Shown in pieces: positions 63,854 to 64,000 of a DNA stretch of 64,000 bases (position 1 is its first letter; the number at the start of each line of letters is the position of its first letter). The stretch is taken from contig NC_092678.1 in the NCBI RefSeq assembly GCF_964355755.1, forward strand, positions 2,062,422-2,126,421, in the 5' to 3' direction. The position numbers and the translations under genes were made by a program. Origin of the DNA: Antedon mediterranea (Eukaryota > Animalia > Echinodermata). A model generated the notes under the pieces. It was given only the letters and a program-made list of their open reading frames with translations, made no database searches and had not been told where the DNA came from.

Positions 63854-64000
63854 CTGAGAACAAAAATAGAGCACCAATAATTAATTTTATAACAATTTTA
63901 TCTAAATTCATCAGAGAAGAGTCTACATAGACTACTGGTGGTAGTAATTGAAGAATTTAAGCTCCAGTATATCTTCGCATCTGTAATCTTTTAAATTATT

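Overview
AT-rich, intron-containing animal genomic DNA, probably a marine invertebrate (an inference from gene and transposon content; the species cannot be determined here). Five spliced genes were reconstructed by reading exons through GT-AG boundaries: exportin-T (XPOT, minus, CDS 9209-40767), RPL18A (plus, 42388-44053, head-to-head with XPOT), ACAD9 (minus, 44901-54229), a CARD + death-domain adaptor like CRADD/RAIDD (minus, 55169-56468), and the 3' part of an unrecognised modular Cys-rich protein built from strictly alternating exon pairs (minus, 58416 to beyond 64000). RPL18A introns 2 and 3 each hold a copy of an H/ACA snoRNA with the SNORA68/U68 guide. Intergenic and intronic space is packed with transposons. 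A decayed Academ element contains a Rex1 LINE that is itself split by an RTE-group LINE. A 12.6-kb XPOT intron holds an intron-containing MULE and an 8-kb TIR element, which carries a second Academ-type element and two tandem arrays with higher-order repeats. There are also many MITEs. Most ORFs in the provided track are exon fragments or repeat artefacts.
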